A DNA stretch of 64,000 nucleotides from Lama guanicoe (GCA_013239625.1 MU054400.1:789146-853145); one strand, 5' to 3'; shown: positions 33,985 through 47,594, numbered from the stretch's first letter. Numbers and translations are program-made. The notes: a model not told the origin generated them from the sequence alone.

Positions 33985-34215
33985 GATATAATACAGAAGT
34001 TAAAAATATGGGCAGCTAGGTTCCAATTCAGGCTTTATAGCTGTGATCTCGGGCAAATAATTTAAGCTCTGTATTTAATTATTCTGTAAAATAGGGGAAA
34101 GTATGGCATCTGCCCTATTAGGGATACTGTGAGAATTAAATATGTTCATACATGTAGAAGTACTTAGAATGTGCCTGCTATATGGAAAATACTCAATTAA
34201 GTGTTAGTTGTTAAT
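33985..34215 (+). mobile_element. MIR SINE
   Basis: agctgtgatctcgggcaaataatttaagctct...tctgtaaaatagggg. Confidence 0.7.
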
Positions 34216-35129
34216 TAGCTTTAGACACACTTGTGAGTGGTACTTCTCACTTCATAAGTAATACATTTGCAAGGTAAAAATAGTATAAAATGATCCTAGA
34301 TTATGAGTTCCGTAGGCTTAGTACCCTACCTCCCTTCTCCATATCCCTGATTTTACCTCCCGGAGGGTTTTTAATTTTAAAATAATTTATTTTTTAAAAG
34401 TTATGATAAAATATACATAACATAAAATTTCCCATTTTAATCATTTGTAAGTATATAGTTCAGTGCTTAAGGCCATTGAATTTTGTGTTTTAAAAGCTAT
34501 CTAGTTTTTTGCTATGGAAGATGATCGTGTAAAATATCTTCTTCCCCTCTACTGTATATCCTTCCAATTTTCTAATGGTTTCTTAAATTTTAAAAAATTT
34601 ATTGTTTTGAGTTAAAACATTTTTAGAAATGAAAGTTATGCATGTTCCTAGTTTAAAGAATCAAATGGGTTCCACAAAGTTACTACATAAAGTAGCAGTC
34701 CTCCAAAACCCCTCCTCCCCTTTCCACCACTCTGCAAGAAACAACTTTTGATTTTTTTAGGTGAATATTTTGGCATTTACCTCCTTTTAGATAGTATGCT
34801 TCTATTGCTATTTTTTGATTTTTAAATTTTACTCATTGTGTATAATTGCTCCCCACAGAAGATAAGGATTTCTTTTCCCTCCACCTCCTATCTCCTTCCA
34901 GCATATGTGCACATACATTCACACACATTTCTCCAGTCTCCCAGTAGTTATATCATAATTACAGATCTTCGCTGCTTACCATCTTAAGATGCAGTAAATT
35001 TTTTTTTTAATTTAGGGTGTAGTGAAATATTTTTTATTTCCCACATAATACTTTGTTTTCCATGTAGTTAATTATCTTTTTTTTGGCTTAGTTTTCTATG
35101 TATTTAGCACTAATTCTAAGAATATTTTA

Positions 35130-35745
35130 TAACAGCTTTATTGCAGTGTAATTTACACATCAGGTAATTGATCCATTTAAAGTATATAACAGTAGTTTTT
35201 AGTATATTTGGAGTTATGCAACCATTATTACCAGGATCAATTTTAGAATATTTTCATCACCCCCGAAGAAAACCGCTCATCCATTAGCAGCCACATCCCA
35301 TTTCCCATCCATCTCTTCAAACCCAGGCAATCACCAGTCTGCTTTCTGTCTATATAGATTTGTCTGTTCTGAACATTTCATGTAATAGTATTATGCAGTA
35401 CATAATATGTGATCTTTTGTGACTGACTTCTTTCACTTAGCATAATATTTTCAAGATTCATCCATACTGTAGCATGTATCAGTACTTTGTTCCCTTTTAT
35501 TGCTGAATAATATTCCATTATATTGACTACCACATTAAAAAATTCCATTAATCTGTTGATAGACATCTGGTTTGTTTCTACTTTTTGGCTATTACAAATA
35601 GTGCTTCTTTGATCATTTATATACAGGTTTTGTGTGGACATACATTCATTTCTCTTGGATGTATTCCTAGGAATGGAATTGCTAGATCATATGGTAGAAC
35701 TGCCAGACTTATTCAAAGTGGCTGCATCATTTTACCTTCCCACTA
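35130..35745 (-). mobile_element. L1MB-like 3' end
   Basis: ORF 35378-35641 gives the ORF2 C-terminal remnant MEYYSAIKGNKVLIHATVWMNLENIMLSERSQSQK. Confidence 0.85.
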
Positions 35746-36379
35746 GTCTCCTGGAGTATTCTGAATTTCATGTGTTCCATGCTCCTTCTACCTGTGTTGA
35801 AGTGGCTGTTTGCTCTATCTTCTCTGTCGTCTGGTTGATTCTCTTGGTTTATCACATCCTTGAGTAGGTTTTTGAGGAAGTATGCATAGTAGGTAAGTTT
35901 TTTGAACTCTTCTTCTAACTTTATACTTGAATTGCTTGGCAGGGTACGGAATTCTAGGTTTGAAATCATGCAGCTTTAAAGTTTTGAGGCTATTGCATAT
36001 TGTCTTCTTGATTCTAGAAGTGCTGTTTGAAATTCAAAGCTGTTCTGAATCCTGTTCATTGATTTCTTCTGAGAGTTTGCAGAATCTTTGTGTTCCCAGT
36101 GTTCTGAAATTTCACATTACTGTAGGTACTTTTAACCTGGAAACTCATGTGCTTCAGCTTTGGGGAATTTTCTTGAATTACTTAAATATTTTCTCATTCA
36201 TTTTTGGTGTTCTCTTTTGGAAGCACTCATTATCTAGATTTTGGATTGCCTGAATTAATCCTCTAGTTTAAAAAATCTTTTTCTCTGATTTCCAGTTTCT
36301 CTTTGTTTTTACTCTTTTTATCTCATTTTTATCTTCCATCTCTTGATGAAGTTTTTTGTTTTTGTTTTATGTAGCATTT

Positions 36380-36910
36380 TTTGGAGTATAATTAACATAC
36401 AATAAAATGTACTGATTTTAAGTGTGTAATTTGATTAGTTCAGAGAAATGTTTACACCACATCTAGCTGCTACCACAGTCAAATTATAGAACATTTCATT
36501 ATCCTAGAAAGTTTCATCTCTTTCCAGTCATTTCTCCTACACCATCGTAGGCAACCACTGTTGTTTTTTTTTTTTATCACCATAGCTCTTAGTTTTACCT
36601 GTCCCAGAGCTTCATATAAGTCAAGTCATATAGTATGTAGTCTTGGGTTTGGCTTCTTTTGCTCAACATAATTTTTGAATTTCACATATGTTACATGTAT
36701 GGTAGTTTGTTCCTTTTGATGAGTAGTATTCCATTGTATCAGTGTACCTTAATTTGTTTATCCATTTCTCTGTTGATAGATACTTGAATTGCTTTCAATT
36801 TTTGGCTATTCTGAATAAAGCTATTATGAATATTAATGTTAGTAATGTTAATTAATGTTAGTGGGCATTTATTTATTTCTCTTGGGTAAATATCCAGGAG
36901 TGGAATTTGT
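36380..36910 (-). mobile_element. L1M 3' end
   Basis: ggcaaccactg...gagtagtattccattgtat...ttttggctattctgaataaagct. Confidence 0.75.
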
Positions 36911-37111
36911 TGTGTATGTTTATTTCTGCTGTGTAATTTCTAAGAGCACTATCTTGATATCTGAGTTTTAAACATAATACTCTGTTTTTGAGTCATGGTT
37001 GCAGTGTCTCTTCTTTACTCTGAAGACATTTTATGCTCCTATATTATAATGTATAGCATGTATATATATTTTTAGAGTTTACTTTCCCTCATAGACTGTT
37101 TCCTTCTATAC

Positions 37112-37346
37112 TTTTTTCACAGTCAGTTACAATGTGTCCATTTCTGGTATACAGCACAATGTCCCAGTCATGCATCTGCATACATATATTTGTTTTCATA
37201 TTCTTTTTCATGAAAGGTTTAAAGGTTATTACAAGATATTAAATATAGTTCCCTGTGCTATACAGAAGAAACTTTTCTTTTTTTTAAATCTATTTTTATA
37301 TATAGTAGCTAACATCTGCAAATCTCAAACTCCCAAATTTATCCCT
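37112..37346 (-). mobile_element. Young L1 3' end, 5'-truncated
   Basis: cagtcagttacaatgtgtccatttctggtatacagcacaatg...gcaaatctcaaactccc. Confidence 0.8.
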
Positions 37347-37743
37347 TTAATTTGTTTTTGATAAGTGTGTTTCATGTTAAAGACTTTTCCCAGATATCTG
37401 GTAATCTTTGGTTATCTGCTTAATGGGTTTTTTTTTTTCAACTGAGATACATATACAGCAGAGTGTATGTATCTTAAGTGTACAGCTTAATGAAATTTTT
37501 ATTATATTCTGTCTCGTATATTCACTGCCTAGAACAAGAGAACATTTTTAGTGTCCCAGAAAGCACCATTGTACCGCTTCTAAGTCAGGACCTTCACTCT
37601 CCTATAACCACTAATTCTGATGACTTACATGACTGTGATTTAGTGTTGCCTATTTTTCAACTTCATATAAGTGAAATTGTTCCAATTTTTTCTTTCTTTC
37701 TTTGTTATACATTCTTTAATTGTTTTTAGTGCTTACCCTAGAT

Positions 37744-37970
37744 CAAAGTTTTTCAACCTTAGCGCTGTTGACATTTGGGGCCAGGTAATTTTTTGTTGTG
37801 GGTTGGAGGGAGCTGTCTTATCTGTTGTAGGATAGTTAGCAGCATCCCTGGCCACTACCCACTAGATATCGGTAGCAACCTCCCATTTCCCAGTTTTGAC
37901 AACGAAAAATGTCCCAGACTTTGCCAGATGTCCCCTGGGAGGCAAAATCCTACCAGATTAAGAACCACTG
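37744..37970 (+). mobile_element. MER20 (hAT-Charlie) DNA transposon
   Basis: Termini caaagtttttcaacc / aagaaccactg; 8-bp TSD ccctagat / ccttagat. Confidence 0.9.
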
Positions 37971-38220
37971 CCTTAGATATTTCAGTCTTCATTCCTAATT
38001 TATTACAATTTAAGATAATGCTTTTTAAAGAATGCAAGAACCATGTAACAGTTTAGTCCCTTGCCCTTTGTGCTATTGATGTATATTTTAGTTCCACATG
38101 TCTTATAAACCTCTAAGGCAATAGTGTATTGTTGTTTTACATAGTTACCATTTTTAATCTTTGTATTGTAAAATAAACAAAATCTCACTCACATTCAAAC
38201 TCCTTTCCTTTTCTTTAATT

Positions 38221-38305
38221 TCCTTTCCTTTCCTTTCCTTCCCTTCCCTTCCCTTCCCTTCCCTTCCCTTCCCTTCCCTTCCCTTCCCTTCCCTTCCCTT
38301 CCCTT
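38221..38305. repeat. (TCCTT)4(CCCTT)13 pentanucleotide microsatellite
   Basis: Direct count. Confidence 0.95.
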
Positions 38306-38904
38306 CACAGGTCAAAAGAATAGAACTTTCCAGCCATCCCAGAATCCCTCTACATGACCCATTCTAGTTATAAACCCCTCCCTTGCCTTCCTGTAACTAC
38401 TGTTCTGGATCTTAAAGCAGTTCGTTTCCTTATTCTTTATATTTTTATCACCACCTGTGCATTCTTAGACCTGTAGTTTAGTGTTACTCATTTTTAAAAA
38501 CTAGATATCTTTTTTAAATCTCTTTTAATCTACACTTTACCCTTCTGTCCTTTTCTTTTCCTTACAGTTTTTCTGTTGAACCCTGGCCAGAGTTTGAATT
38601 TTACTTATTGTACACTCAAGTTGCAGTTTAGTATTTTCATCCTGTGTTTATTGCAAATTAGTAGTTCGATTCAGAGGTTTGGTCAGACTGTGGTTCTGTC
38701 TCTTTGACATTACTATAGGCAGTGTGGTGTTCTTTCATCAGGACGTACATTACTGGGTTTCTCTCTTTTTATGATGATAGTAGTTGGGTTCAGTGCCCAG
38801 ATCTATTATATTATTGGTAGTTGCAAAATAGTGACATTCTGCTATTTCTTTTTCGTCTATTAGTTGGAATACTTTTATTAAGAGATGCTTCTACTTGTCT
38901 ACTA

Positions 38905-39116
38905 CGGTGACCCTTGAACAACATGGGCTTTGAATTATGCAGTTTCACTTATATGTGGATTTTTTTTCAGTAAGTAACGTGCTGCAGTACTACACAGTCT
39001 GCTCTTGGTTGAACCCGTGGATGTAGAATCACTTATATGGAGGGCCGACTGTAAAGTTATACATGGATTTTCGACTGCACTGAGGATCGACACCTTGTGC
39101 TGTTCAAGCGTCAATT
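38905..39116. mobile_element. MER8/Tigger2-type TcMar MITE
   Basis: Inverted termini tgacccttgaacaac / gctgttcaagcgtcaa. Confidence 0.75.
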
Positions 39117-39916
39117 TATTTAGTTTATCCAGAGGTAAAGGTTATATAGGAAAGGTAGGATACATGCCTGATTCTTTGCTTTTATCACTTTTCAAGATAG
39201 CAAATTAGTTCCTTATTATCCTCTTAAGAGAACCAGCTATTTTAAAAAATATCTTTGTGAATCAGATTCAGACATACTAGATGGGTTTTAATCAATGACA
39301 GTTATTATTGATGCTCAAATGGTCCTGCCTTTGGCCAGTTGGAGCCTCCTCAGATTGACTCCTGTTAGTCTTTGATCCACTTCAGTTAGTCTTTGTAGCA
39401 TCCTTGCTCTCTGATATGACTAAGTGTTTCAGACTTACCTTTTACATTTCTGGCTCCAGAATTGTAACCAGCTGGTTTCTCTAAGAAGCCCTTAGTTTTA
39501 GTGGGAAATGGTATTTGAGGATGTAATTTGGGCATTGGGGGTGCTCATTGCTGTGAATTATTGTGTCTAGGATAGAGTGAAGGGTGATATATTTGTACAT
39601 CTGTATATCTACACACACACAAACTTTTTTTGTTGTTTATTCTTTTCTGTATTACATCTATATTTCTTTTTTTTTATCCCAGAAATTCTGGTCCTCAAGG
39701 ATACAGGGGATAATGAATTAGAATATTCTCATTGTTAATTACTCATTTGTTTTACTCCGCATCATACATTAGTCTCAGAATAGCAATACTAATATTACCA
39801 TTTCCAATATGATTACTGAGAACAGTTGCATAAAATGTTTTGCATATGCTAACCCCATTCCCTCTCACTTTCTATTTGTAGTATATATCATCATTATTAT
39901 TGTATTACATACTCTG

Positions 39917-40427
39917 TAGTAGTCCTCCCTTATCTGGGGGGGATATGTTCCAAGACCCTCAGTGGATGCCTGAAAACAGGGATAGTACTGAACCCTATAT
40001 ACACTGTTTTTTTTATATGTACATATATATGATAAAGTTTAACTTACGAATTAGGCACAGTAGGAGAATATCTAAATTGCCATCATCACTATTGCGCTTT
40101 GGGCCAGTATTTAGTAAGCTAAGGGTTACTTGTACACAGGGACTGTGGTATGTCAGCAGTTGATCCTGATAACCCAGACAGCTACTGAGTGACTAGCAGG
40201 TGGGTAGCATATACAATGTAGATATGCTGGACAAAGGAATGATTAACGTCCAGGGAGGAATGGAAAGGATGGTGTGAGATTCCATCATGCTACTTGGAAT
40301 GGCAGCTCAGTTTAAAACTTGTGAATTGTTTATGTCTGGAATTTTCCACTTAATGTTTTTGGACCTCTGTTGACTGAAGGTAATTGAAACTGTGGAAAGC
40401 AAAACCGCGGATAAGGGGACACTACTG
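39917..40427 (-). mobile_element. MER44-type Tigger element
   Basis: TIRs agtagtcctcccttatc / gataaggggacactactg followed by TA. Confidence 0.85.
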
Positions 40428-40920
40428 TACTCTCTTTTAACCTTCATTTATTTTTAGCAAGTAATTATACAGGGGAACTAGATAGTTCAGAGGTTGACAT
40501 ACTTTTTCTATGAAAGGCCATAGGAGGTATTTTAGGCTTTGTGGGCCAAAAGTAAACTCAGAGATATTGTGTAGTTACTTATATAATGAGAGAAAACAAA
40601 TTCCTGCAGATCTTCCTTGACAAAATTTAAAATTAAATGATTGACTAATTTTTTTGGAATGCAGATCTACTAATTAAAATAATGGAATTAATTTTGGGGC
40701 GTTAGATAACACTTTGCTGAATTTGGATTAAGTTTTATTATTAAAATTGATTACACATATTCATCTGTTAATTTTGATTTCTAATGAAATTTCCTCTTTG
40801 AGATGTCTTTTTACACAGATTGGTACTGCCAAATACAGACATCAGTCCATGAGCATATGATATAATTTGGGATATTTATTGCTAGGAATGCATTTGTAAA
40901 ATTCTGTTAGATTTCTCTCT

Positions 40921-41989
40921 TTTTTTTAATTAAAGTATAGTCAGTCTACAGTGTTATCAGTTTCTAGCGTATAACACATTGCTTCAGTCATACATGAATA
41001 TACATATATTCATTTTCATATATTCCACCATAAGCTATTGTAAGATATCAAATATAGTTCCCTGTGCTATACAGTATAACTCTTTTATATATACCAGTCA
41101 GTATCTGCAAATCTCGAACTCCTAATTTATCCCTTCCTATCCCCTTCCCCACTGGTAACCGTAAGTTTGTTTTCTATGTCTGTGAGTCTGTTTGTTTTAT
41201 ATATAAGTTCATTTGTCCTTTTTTTTTTTTTAGTTTCCACATATGACTGATGTCATACAGTAATTTTCTTTCTCCTTCTGGCTTACTTCACTTAGAATGA
41301 CATTCTCCAGGGCCATCCATGTTGCTATAAATGGGATTATTTTATTGTTTTTATCGCTGCATAGTATTCCATCGTATAAATATACCACAACTTCTTTATC
41401 CAATCATCTGATGATGGACATTTAGGTTGTTTCCATGTCTTGGCTATTGTAAATAGTGCTGCTATGAACATTGGGGTGCAGGTGTCTTTTTGAATTAAGG
41501 TTCCCTCTGGATATATGCCCAGGAGTGGGCTTGCTGGATCATATGGTGAGTATATTTTTAGTTTTTTGAGGAATCTCCGTACTGTTTTCCGTAGTGGCTG
41601 TACCAAACTGCAGTCCTACCAACAGTGTAGGAGGGTTCCCTTTTCTCCACACCCTCTCCAGCATTTATCGTTTGTGGACTTTTGAATAACAGCCATTCTG
41701 ACTGGTGTGAGGTGATACCTCATTGAAGTTTTGATTTGCATTTCTCTGATAATTAGATATTAAGTATTTTTTCATGTGCCTATTGGCCATTCGTGTGTCT
41801 TCATTGGAGAATTGCTTGTTTAGGTCTTCTGTCCATTTTTGGGTTGGGTTGTTTGTTTTTTTCTTATTAAGTTGTATAAGCTGTTTATATATTCTGGAAA
41901 TCAAGCCCTTGTCAGTCTCATCTTTTGTATATATTTTCTCCTATTCCATAGGTTGTTGTTTTGTTTTGCTTATGGTTTCCTTTGCTGTG
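40921..41989 (-). mobile_element. Young L1 3' end (~1.07 kb) with ORF2 C-terminal remnant
   Basis: ORFs 41337-41606 ([13 protein letters not shown]...CTPMFIAALFTIAKTWKQPKCPS) and 41665-41904; approximate TSD gatttctc(c)tctt. Confidence 0.93.
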
Positions 41990-42707
41990 GATTTCTCCTC
42001 TTGATACTTGTCTTTTAGCATGTCATTCCAGTGCAGATTAATCACTTGCAATTGATTAGGTAGAAATTCCTCAATTGCATAGTTAAATGGATTGTAAAAT
42101 ATGTAAATTTCTAATGTACTGGGCTCAAGTTTTGAAAAACACTGCTGAAACTGTCGTTTGAGCTCAGAATATGTATCTGTTGCAAATCTGTATGAGAACA
42201 GAGAACCTCATTTGTTTTAACTTCTGACTGAATAGGAAGTGAATAAAGCAGCTTGACATTACATGTGATTCCAATAGGTTTTAGTTCTCACTAAAGTATT
42301 TTAAGTTGTACTACAGTATGAGTTTTAAATATAAGCAATATTTAGCCTTATAATTTTATTTTAAATTAATTAATAAAATTAACAAGTTTGTAGCAAAAGC
42401 TAATTTCCAGAGCCATCCAGTGTTCTGTAATAATGGTTGAAACTGGTTTTTTCCTTTAAGAAAGTTTTGAGCTCATTCCTGAGCTCAGAAAATTGCAATA
42501 AAACATTATCGACTGCCAAGCCATCGAACTGCTGTGTTACGGGTCAAGTCAGGATATTTGGCTTCTATTTTGGAACGGATGATGGCTCAATCCATGAAAG
42601 CAAATGAAATGTATCTTTTGGTACCACTGGCCAATAAGGCATGACGGATTCAAATGTTTTCTACACAATACCTGCTGATATAATGCCACGAATAACCATA
42701 GGCTTGA

Positions 42708-42757
42708 CACAACATTGTAAAATGATTATAAATCAATAAAAAATGTTGAAAAAAAAC
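42708..42757 (+). mobile_element. ~50-bp L1 extreme 3' tail insertion
   Basis: cacaacattgtaaaatgattataaatcaataaaaaa flanked by the 12-bp TSD ccataggcttga. Confidence 0.75.
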
Positions 42758-43877
42758 CCATAGGCTTGAAATACCTAATACATTTTGCATTTTCACAGGT
42801 TTTGTTAGTTTGTCCAACTAAGCCTTTTTCTGTTCCACACATATTTTTATCACCATCACTTGTAACATTCTTTAGCAGATTCCACTTCAGGCTGTACTTA
42901 CTTAGTGTTTTCTCAAGTCTGAAAATACCGTTTCCTGTTGTAGTTTGACATAGACATTCACAGAGGCTAATTCCTTCATCACTTCAAACTCTGTATTGAC
43001 TGCCCAAAGAAACAACTGAACAGTAATCAGTAACATCTGTTGACTCCTAGAGTCAAGGAAACCCGCTAGAAACTATTTGCCTTGTTTTTTAATTGACTAC
43101 TGATGTTACTCCCAGTATCCTTAACTTGCTTGAACAACTGTTCTCACTGAAAGGCTAATAATCTTAAACAAGTTTATTTTCTCTGGACACGTTTCTTTGA
43201 CTGCTGTAATCAAACACAACTTAATTAACTCACCAACAGTAAATGGCTTTCCTTGCTAGGCTGACAAATGAGCCACTCACACCTAGTTTGTTTGCAGTTT
43301 CATTATTTATTTTATGAAGAAATTCTGGTAAGATCTGATATTCAATACAAAATTTTCTGATTTTTCTGACCGTTGCTTTCCTGTGAATTGAGGATTGTTG
43401 TGATGAGTGCAGTCTAGTAACATCTATATTGTATTCTTTAGCATAGTTATAGTGTTACTACATAATAAAGATAATGCTTTGCCATCTAATTTGATGACAG
43501 AACACACTCCACTGTGCCTTAATGTGTGGCATTTGAAGTGTACTTTTTTTGTCTTGACATGATGGGTTGTGCACTCATAAATAAAATTAAAATGTCATAT
43601 TGCAGCAGTTTGTGTGACACTCAAAATGCTATATTCCTGCAATTTGTAGTGCATTATGATGCAGCAGTATGAGATACCACATATAGTCTCTGTTTCAGCT
43701 ACTCAACTCTGCCATTGCAGCATTAAAGCAGCCACAGACAAGTCATAAATGAGCGTGCCTGTTCCAGTAAAACTTTATTTTATGGACAATGAAATTTGAA
43801 TTTTATACATATTTCCATGTGTCACAAATGTTCTTTTGTATTTATGTTTCCCTTTCCAGTGTTTTTCATTTGTTCTT

Positions 43878-44035
43878 TATTTTTTGTTTTTTTTAAATTG
43901 AAGTTTATAGTCAGTTACAATGTGTCCATTTCTGGTGTACAGCATAATATCCTACTCATGCATATATATACATATAATTATTTTCATATTCTTTTTCATT
44001 AAAAGCTGTTACAAGTTATTAAATATAGTTCCCTG
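43878..44035 (-). mobile_element. Young L1 3' tail
   Basis: 12-bp TSD tcatttgttctt (43866-43877, 44036-44047). Confidence 0.85.
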
Positions 44036-44284
44036 TCATTTGTTCTTGCACTGGTACTTTTATCTAAGCTATTTTCCTTCAGCCTACAGAACTTCCTTTT
44101 AATACATTTTGTAGTCTGCTGGCAATATCCTCTCTAAGCTTTTTTTGTCTGAAAGCATCTTTAATTTTTGAAGTTTCTTTGCTGGGTGATGATTTATAAA
44201 TTGGCTATTTTTTCTTCCTTAATCTTATCTTTCCTTTCAGCTCCTCTAAGTTGTCATTTCATCGTTTTCTGACTTCCTTAATTT

Positions 44285-44830
44285 CTTTTTTCCAGCTTTA
44301 TTGAGATATAATTGATGGATAACCTTGTGTAAGTTTAAAGTATATAATTTGATAATACAGTATGTATTGCAAAATGATTACCACAATAAGGTTAGTTAAC
44401 ACTTCCTCCATCTCACATAATTACTATGTGGTGGTGGTGGTGGTGTTGGTGGTAATATTTAAGATTTACTTTCTTAGCAACTTTCAGGCGTACGGTACAT
44501 TACTGTTAACTGTAATCACCATGCTGTACATTAGGTCCCCAGAACTTATTTCTTTTATAATTGGAAGTTTGTATCCTTTAATCAACATCTCTTCATTTCT
44601 CCCATGCCACCACCCCTCCCTTCCAGTCCCTGGCAAACACCATTCTACTCTCTGTTTCAATGAGTTTGGCTCTTTTAGATTCCACATGTAAGTGAGATCA
44701 TACAGTATTTATATTTCTCTGTCTGACTTATTTCACTTAGCATAATGCCCTCAGTGTTCATCCATTTTGTCCCAAATTGTAGAATTTCCTTTTTTTTTTA
44801 ATAGCTGAAAATGTTCCATTGTATATGTAT
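44285..44830 (-). mobile_element. L1MA9-like 3' end
   Basis: cagctttattgagatataattga...tttagattccacatgtaagtgagatcatacagtattt. Confidence 0.8.
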
Positions 44831-44834
44831 TGAC

Positions 44835-45600
44835 TTTCTTATTTTCTTTTGACAAGTCAGCTGTCAATACTATTATTGCTACTTTAAGGTAATGTCTTTT
44901 TACTTCTGGTTGTTTTAAGGATTTTCTCTTTGTCTTTGTTTTCAACAGCTTATGGTGTGCCTGAACATGATTTTCTTTACGTTTATCCTGATCTGGTTCA
45001 TTGAGCTTCTTAAATCTGTGTGTAGATATCTTTCATCAGTTCTGGAAGATTCTTGTCTATTTTTCCTTCAGATACTGCTTTTGCCTTGTTCCCTCATCCT
45101 TTCCCTCTTTCTCCCCACCCTCCTTCTTTCCCTCTCTCCCTCTTCTCTATTTACGTATTTATAACTAGGTTCCACCTACCTCCTACACCCTGTTCTGTCC
45201 TTTTTTTTTCTTCCTGTGTTTCAGTTTGCATGTTTTCCATTGACCTGAATTTGAGTTCTCTAATACTGTTTGATGCTGTCCAATCTACCCAATGAGTTCC
45301 AAAGCCTAGATGTTGTATTTCATGTTTAAAATTTTAATATACCTAAGTTATTTGTTAAAATTTATTTTTAACATTAAATCTGCCCATTTTTCTTTTTTTT
45401 TTTAACATACTAAGCATTGTTACTTAAAATTTTTTGTTTGCTAATTTGAATATGTGGGTTACCTTTGAATTTGTTTCTGTACTCTTTTCTTCTCTTGATT
45501 ATTCATTATTCTGCCTCTCTGCATATCAGCTTTTTACTGTATGCCAGATACTGCATATAAAATATTATAGAAAGGCCAGATTTTTTTCTCTGAAGTTGCT
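44835..45600 (-). mobile_element. Old L1M ORF1 region remnant
   Basis: ORF 44751-44945 (KRKSLKQPEVKRHYLKVAIIVLTADLSKE) resembles the ORF1p C-terminal ...IRLTADFS motif. Confidence 0.6.
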
Positions 45601-47594
45601 TTTCCCTTTTGTTAGATAGATAGGATGTGGGGCTGTTGTCTTCAAGCCAAGGATTAATTTAGGTTGGGGCTTGGGTTACAATTTTAGTAAGATTCAGTCC
45701 ACCTCTGTTTGTCCTTGTGCTTCTGGTGTACTTTCCTGGGCTTTTGACTGAGAGGTAAATCTATGTCTCCTCAGTTTTGAATGAGTATAAGAGATTGAAT
45801 TCTGCCCTTCAGAGTTTCTGAGTTTAGTGTTTCACCTTTCAATACCATGCAGCTGTCAAATCTGAAGGAAGATTGTGTTTTTGTGTCAGTGCCCTAGCAC
45901 CATCAGAATCCCTTGAGGGAAAACGGCCATGTGTTTTTAAGAAGCACTTATTGTCCTTCATTTCAGCTCTGTGTAACCACCAAAAATTGGGCTGATTTCT
46001 CTTTTTCTTAGTAGCATCCTTCTGCTTGTGCCCGCTCAGATTTTTCAGCCTACCTTCCAAATTCGCAAATGCCCCCAGAAAAAGAAAATGAAGAAAATGG
46101 CCAACAATTTCTGGCTCACCAAAGAAGGGCTCTCCACCTTTCTGAAATTTTAGTTCCATGTAGTTGGTACTGCTGTAGGTTTCCAAAGTCTTCTTAAAAA
46201 TATGATTTTTGCAAAACCACTCCCTCCATATATATTATTGCAGTGGGGGCATTCATCTGCTGTGACCTGCTGTATCCTGCTTGGAAGCACAACTGACTTC
46301 TACTTAATATCTGAGTGACAGAAAAACTGGTGAAGTTCTCAGTGCATGGATTATGGTGAAGGGGAGTGGCGGGGGGTGGGTGGCAGCTTTTAACTTCTTT
46401 ATAAGGTGATCTGACTGGCCTTTTCCTAATGGAACCTCTCAGTGTCACTATCTTTAGGCCTTTCTCTTGGGCCTGTGAATTTCCCCGTGAAGGCTTTCCA
46501 TTTTTCTGTTTCTGGAGGGTGGAGGACTAAATGCCTGCATCCTGTGAGCTACCTGGGGAAGAGGAGTAGGATTGTCAATGTTTAGCATAGTAACTTTGCT
46601 TTCATCTCCCGTTTGCAGTATAGAGTTCCTGCCCAAAACTGAGCCTTATGTTGCCCATCTCAAGGACTGTTTTACCTTCTCCAGAGAAGAAATGTCCATA
46701 TTCTGGCATGAGTACCCAAGTGCATAAAGTCAAGGAGAGGATCTGAGAATATAACTGCTTCATAAATAAACTTTCAGGCAGTTTTCCTCCACTTAGCATC
46801 TTCACACTCCTACTTGTGGAGCTATTTGATACTTCCAGTTCTCAAGATTTTGGGGGGATTATATGTGTAAATTATTTTGGTTTTTTACTTATCCCGCTAC
46901 CAGTTTATGATCTGGTTTTCTCTGGTCATTTGGAGTAATTTGTTTCTTTCCCATCTGCTTTCTACTTTCCAAAATTTAATTGCTGTTGTCTGTTTGCCTA
47001 TTGTCTTTGTCCTTGTGGGTGTATCCTTTTTTTTAATCCCTGTATTTTAACTTTTAGTAGCTTTTGAGAGTAGGCAAAAATAGAACTGTGTTTAATCTAA
47101 AGCACTAAAAAAAGATAATTTGATATAAAACTCATAAGGTATAAAATGACTTTTATAAAGCAAAAAGTTAGTCTGAATAATCTATTTTTTTCTCTTGGTT
47201 TGAAGTGCTACCTGTATCATAATCCGAATTCCCCTGTTTGAGTCTTTCTGTTGTTTGTTCCATTAATCTCTACCTAGTCTTAATTATTTTGGTTTAGAAT
47301 ATATTTTTAATGGGTTATTTCCCTCTCACTACATTTTTTCCCTCCCCAAGAAGTTTGTTGTCTGTTCTTCCTTTTTTTTCCTGTATGAACCTTTGAATCA
47401 AAGTAGCTAGTTTCCCCACCAGGTCCTTTCAGTATCTGTATATTCTTTGTCATCACGTTACGTTTATAAATTAGTTTGGAGAGAGTTGACACCTTGACAT
47501 TTTAAGATGTTTCTTTGACCTTCCATTTATTCAGAGATTTCTTTTGCGTCTCAGACTTCAGACATCTTAGTTGGGGGGTGGTTATCGTATATTT

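Larger units (their letters stand above)
40487..43850 (-). mobile_element. Near full-length fossil hAT-Charlie (Cheshire/MER58-type) transposon interrupted by two L1 insertions
   Basis: MER58-like ends; minus-strand transposase remnants ESTDVTD (~43026-43046), TAVRWLGS (RWL at 42518-42526), LMSVFGSTNLC (~40813-40845). Confidence 0.8.

Noticed and set aside
41337..41904. ORFs with L1 ORF2 similarity
   Set aside because: 5'-truncated, frameshifted L1 fragment; not a host gene or an active element
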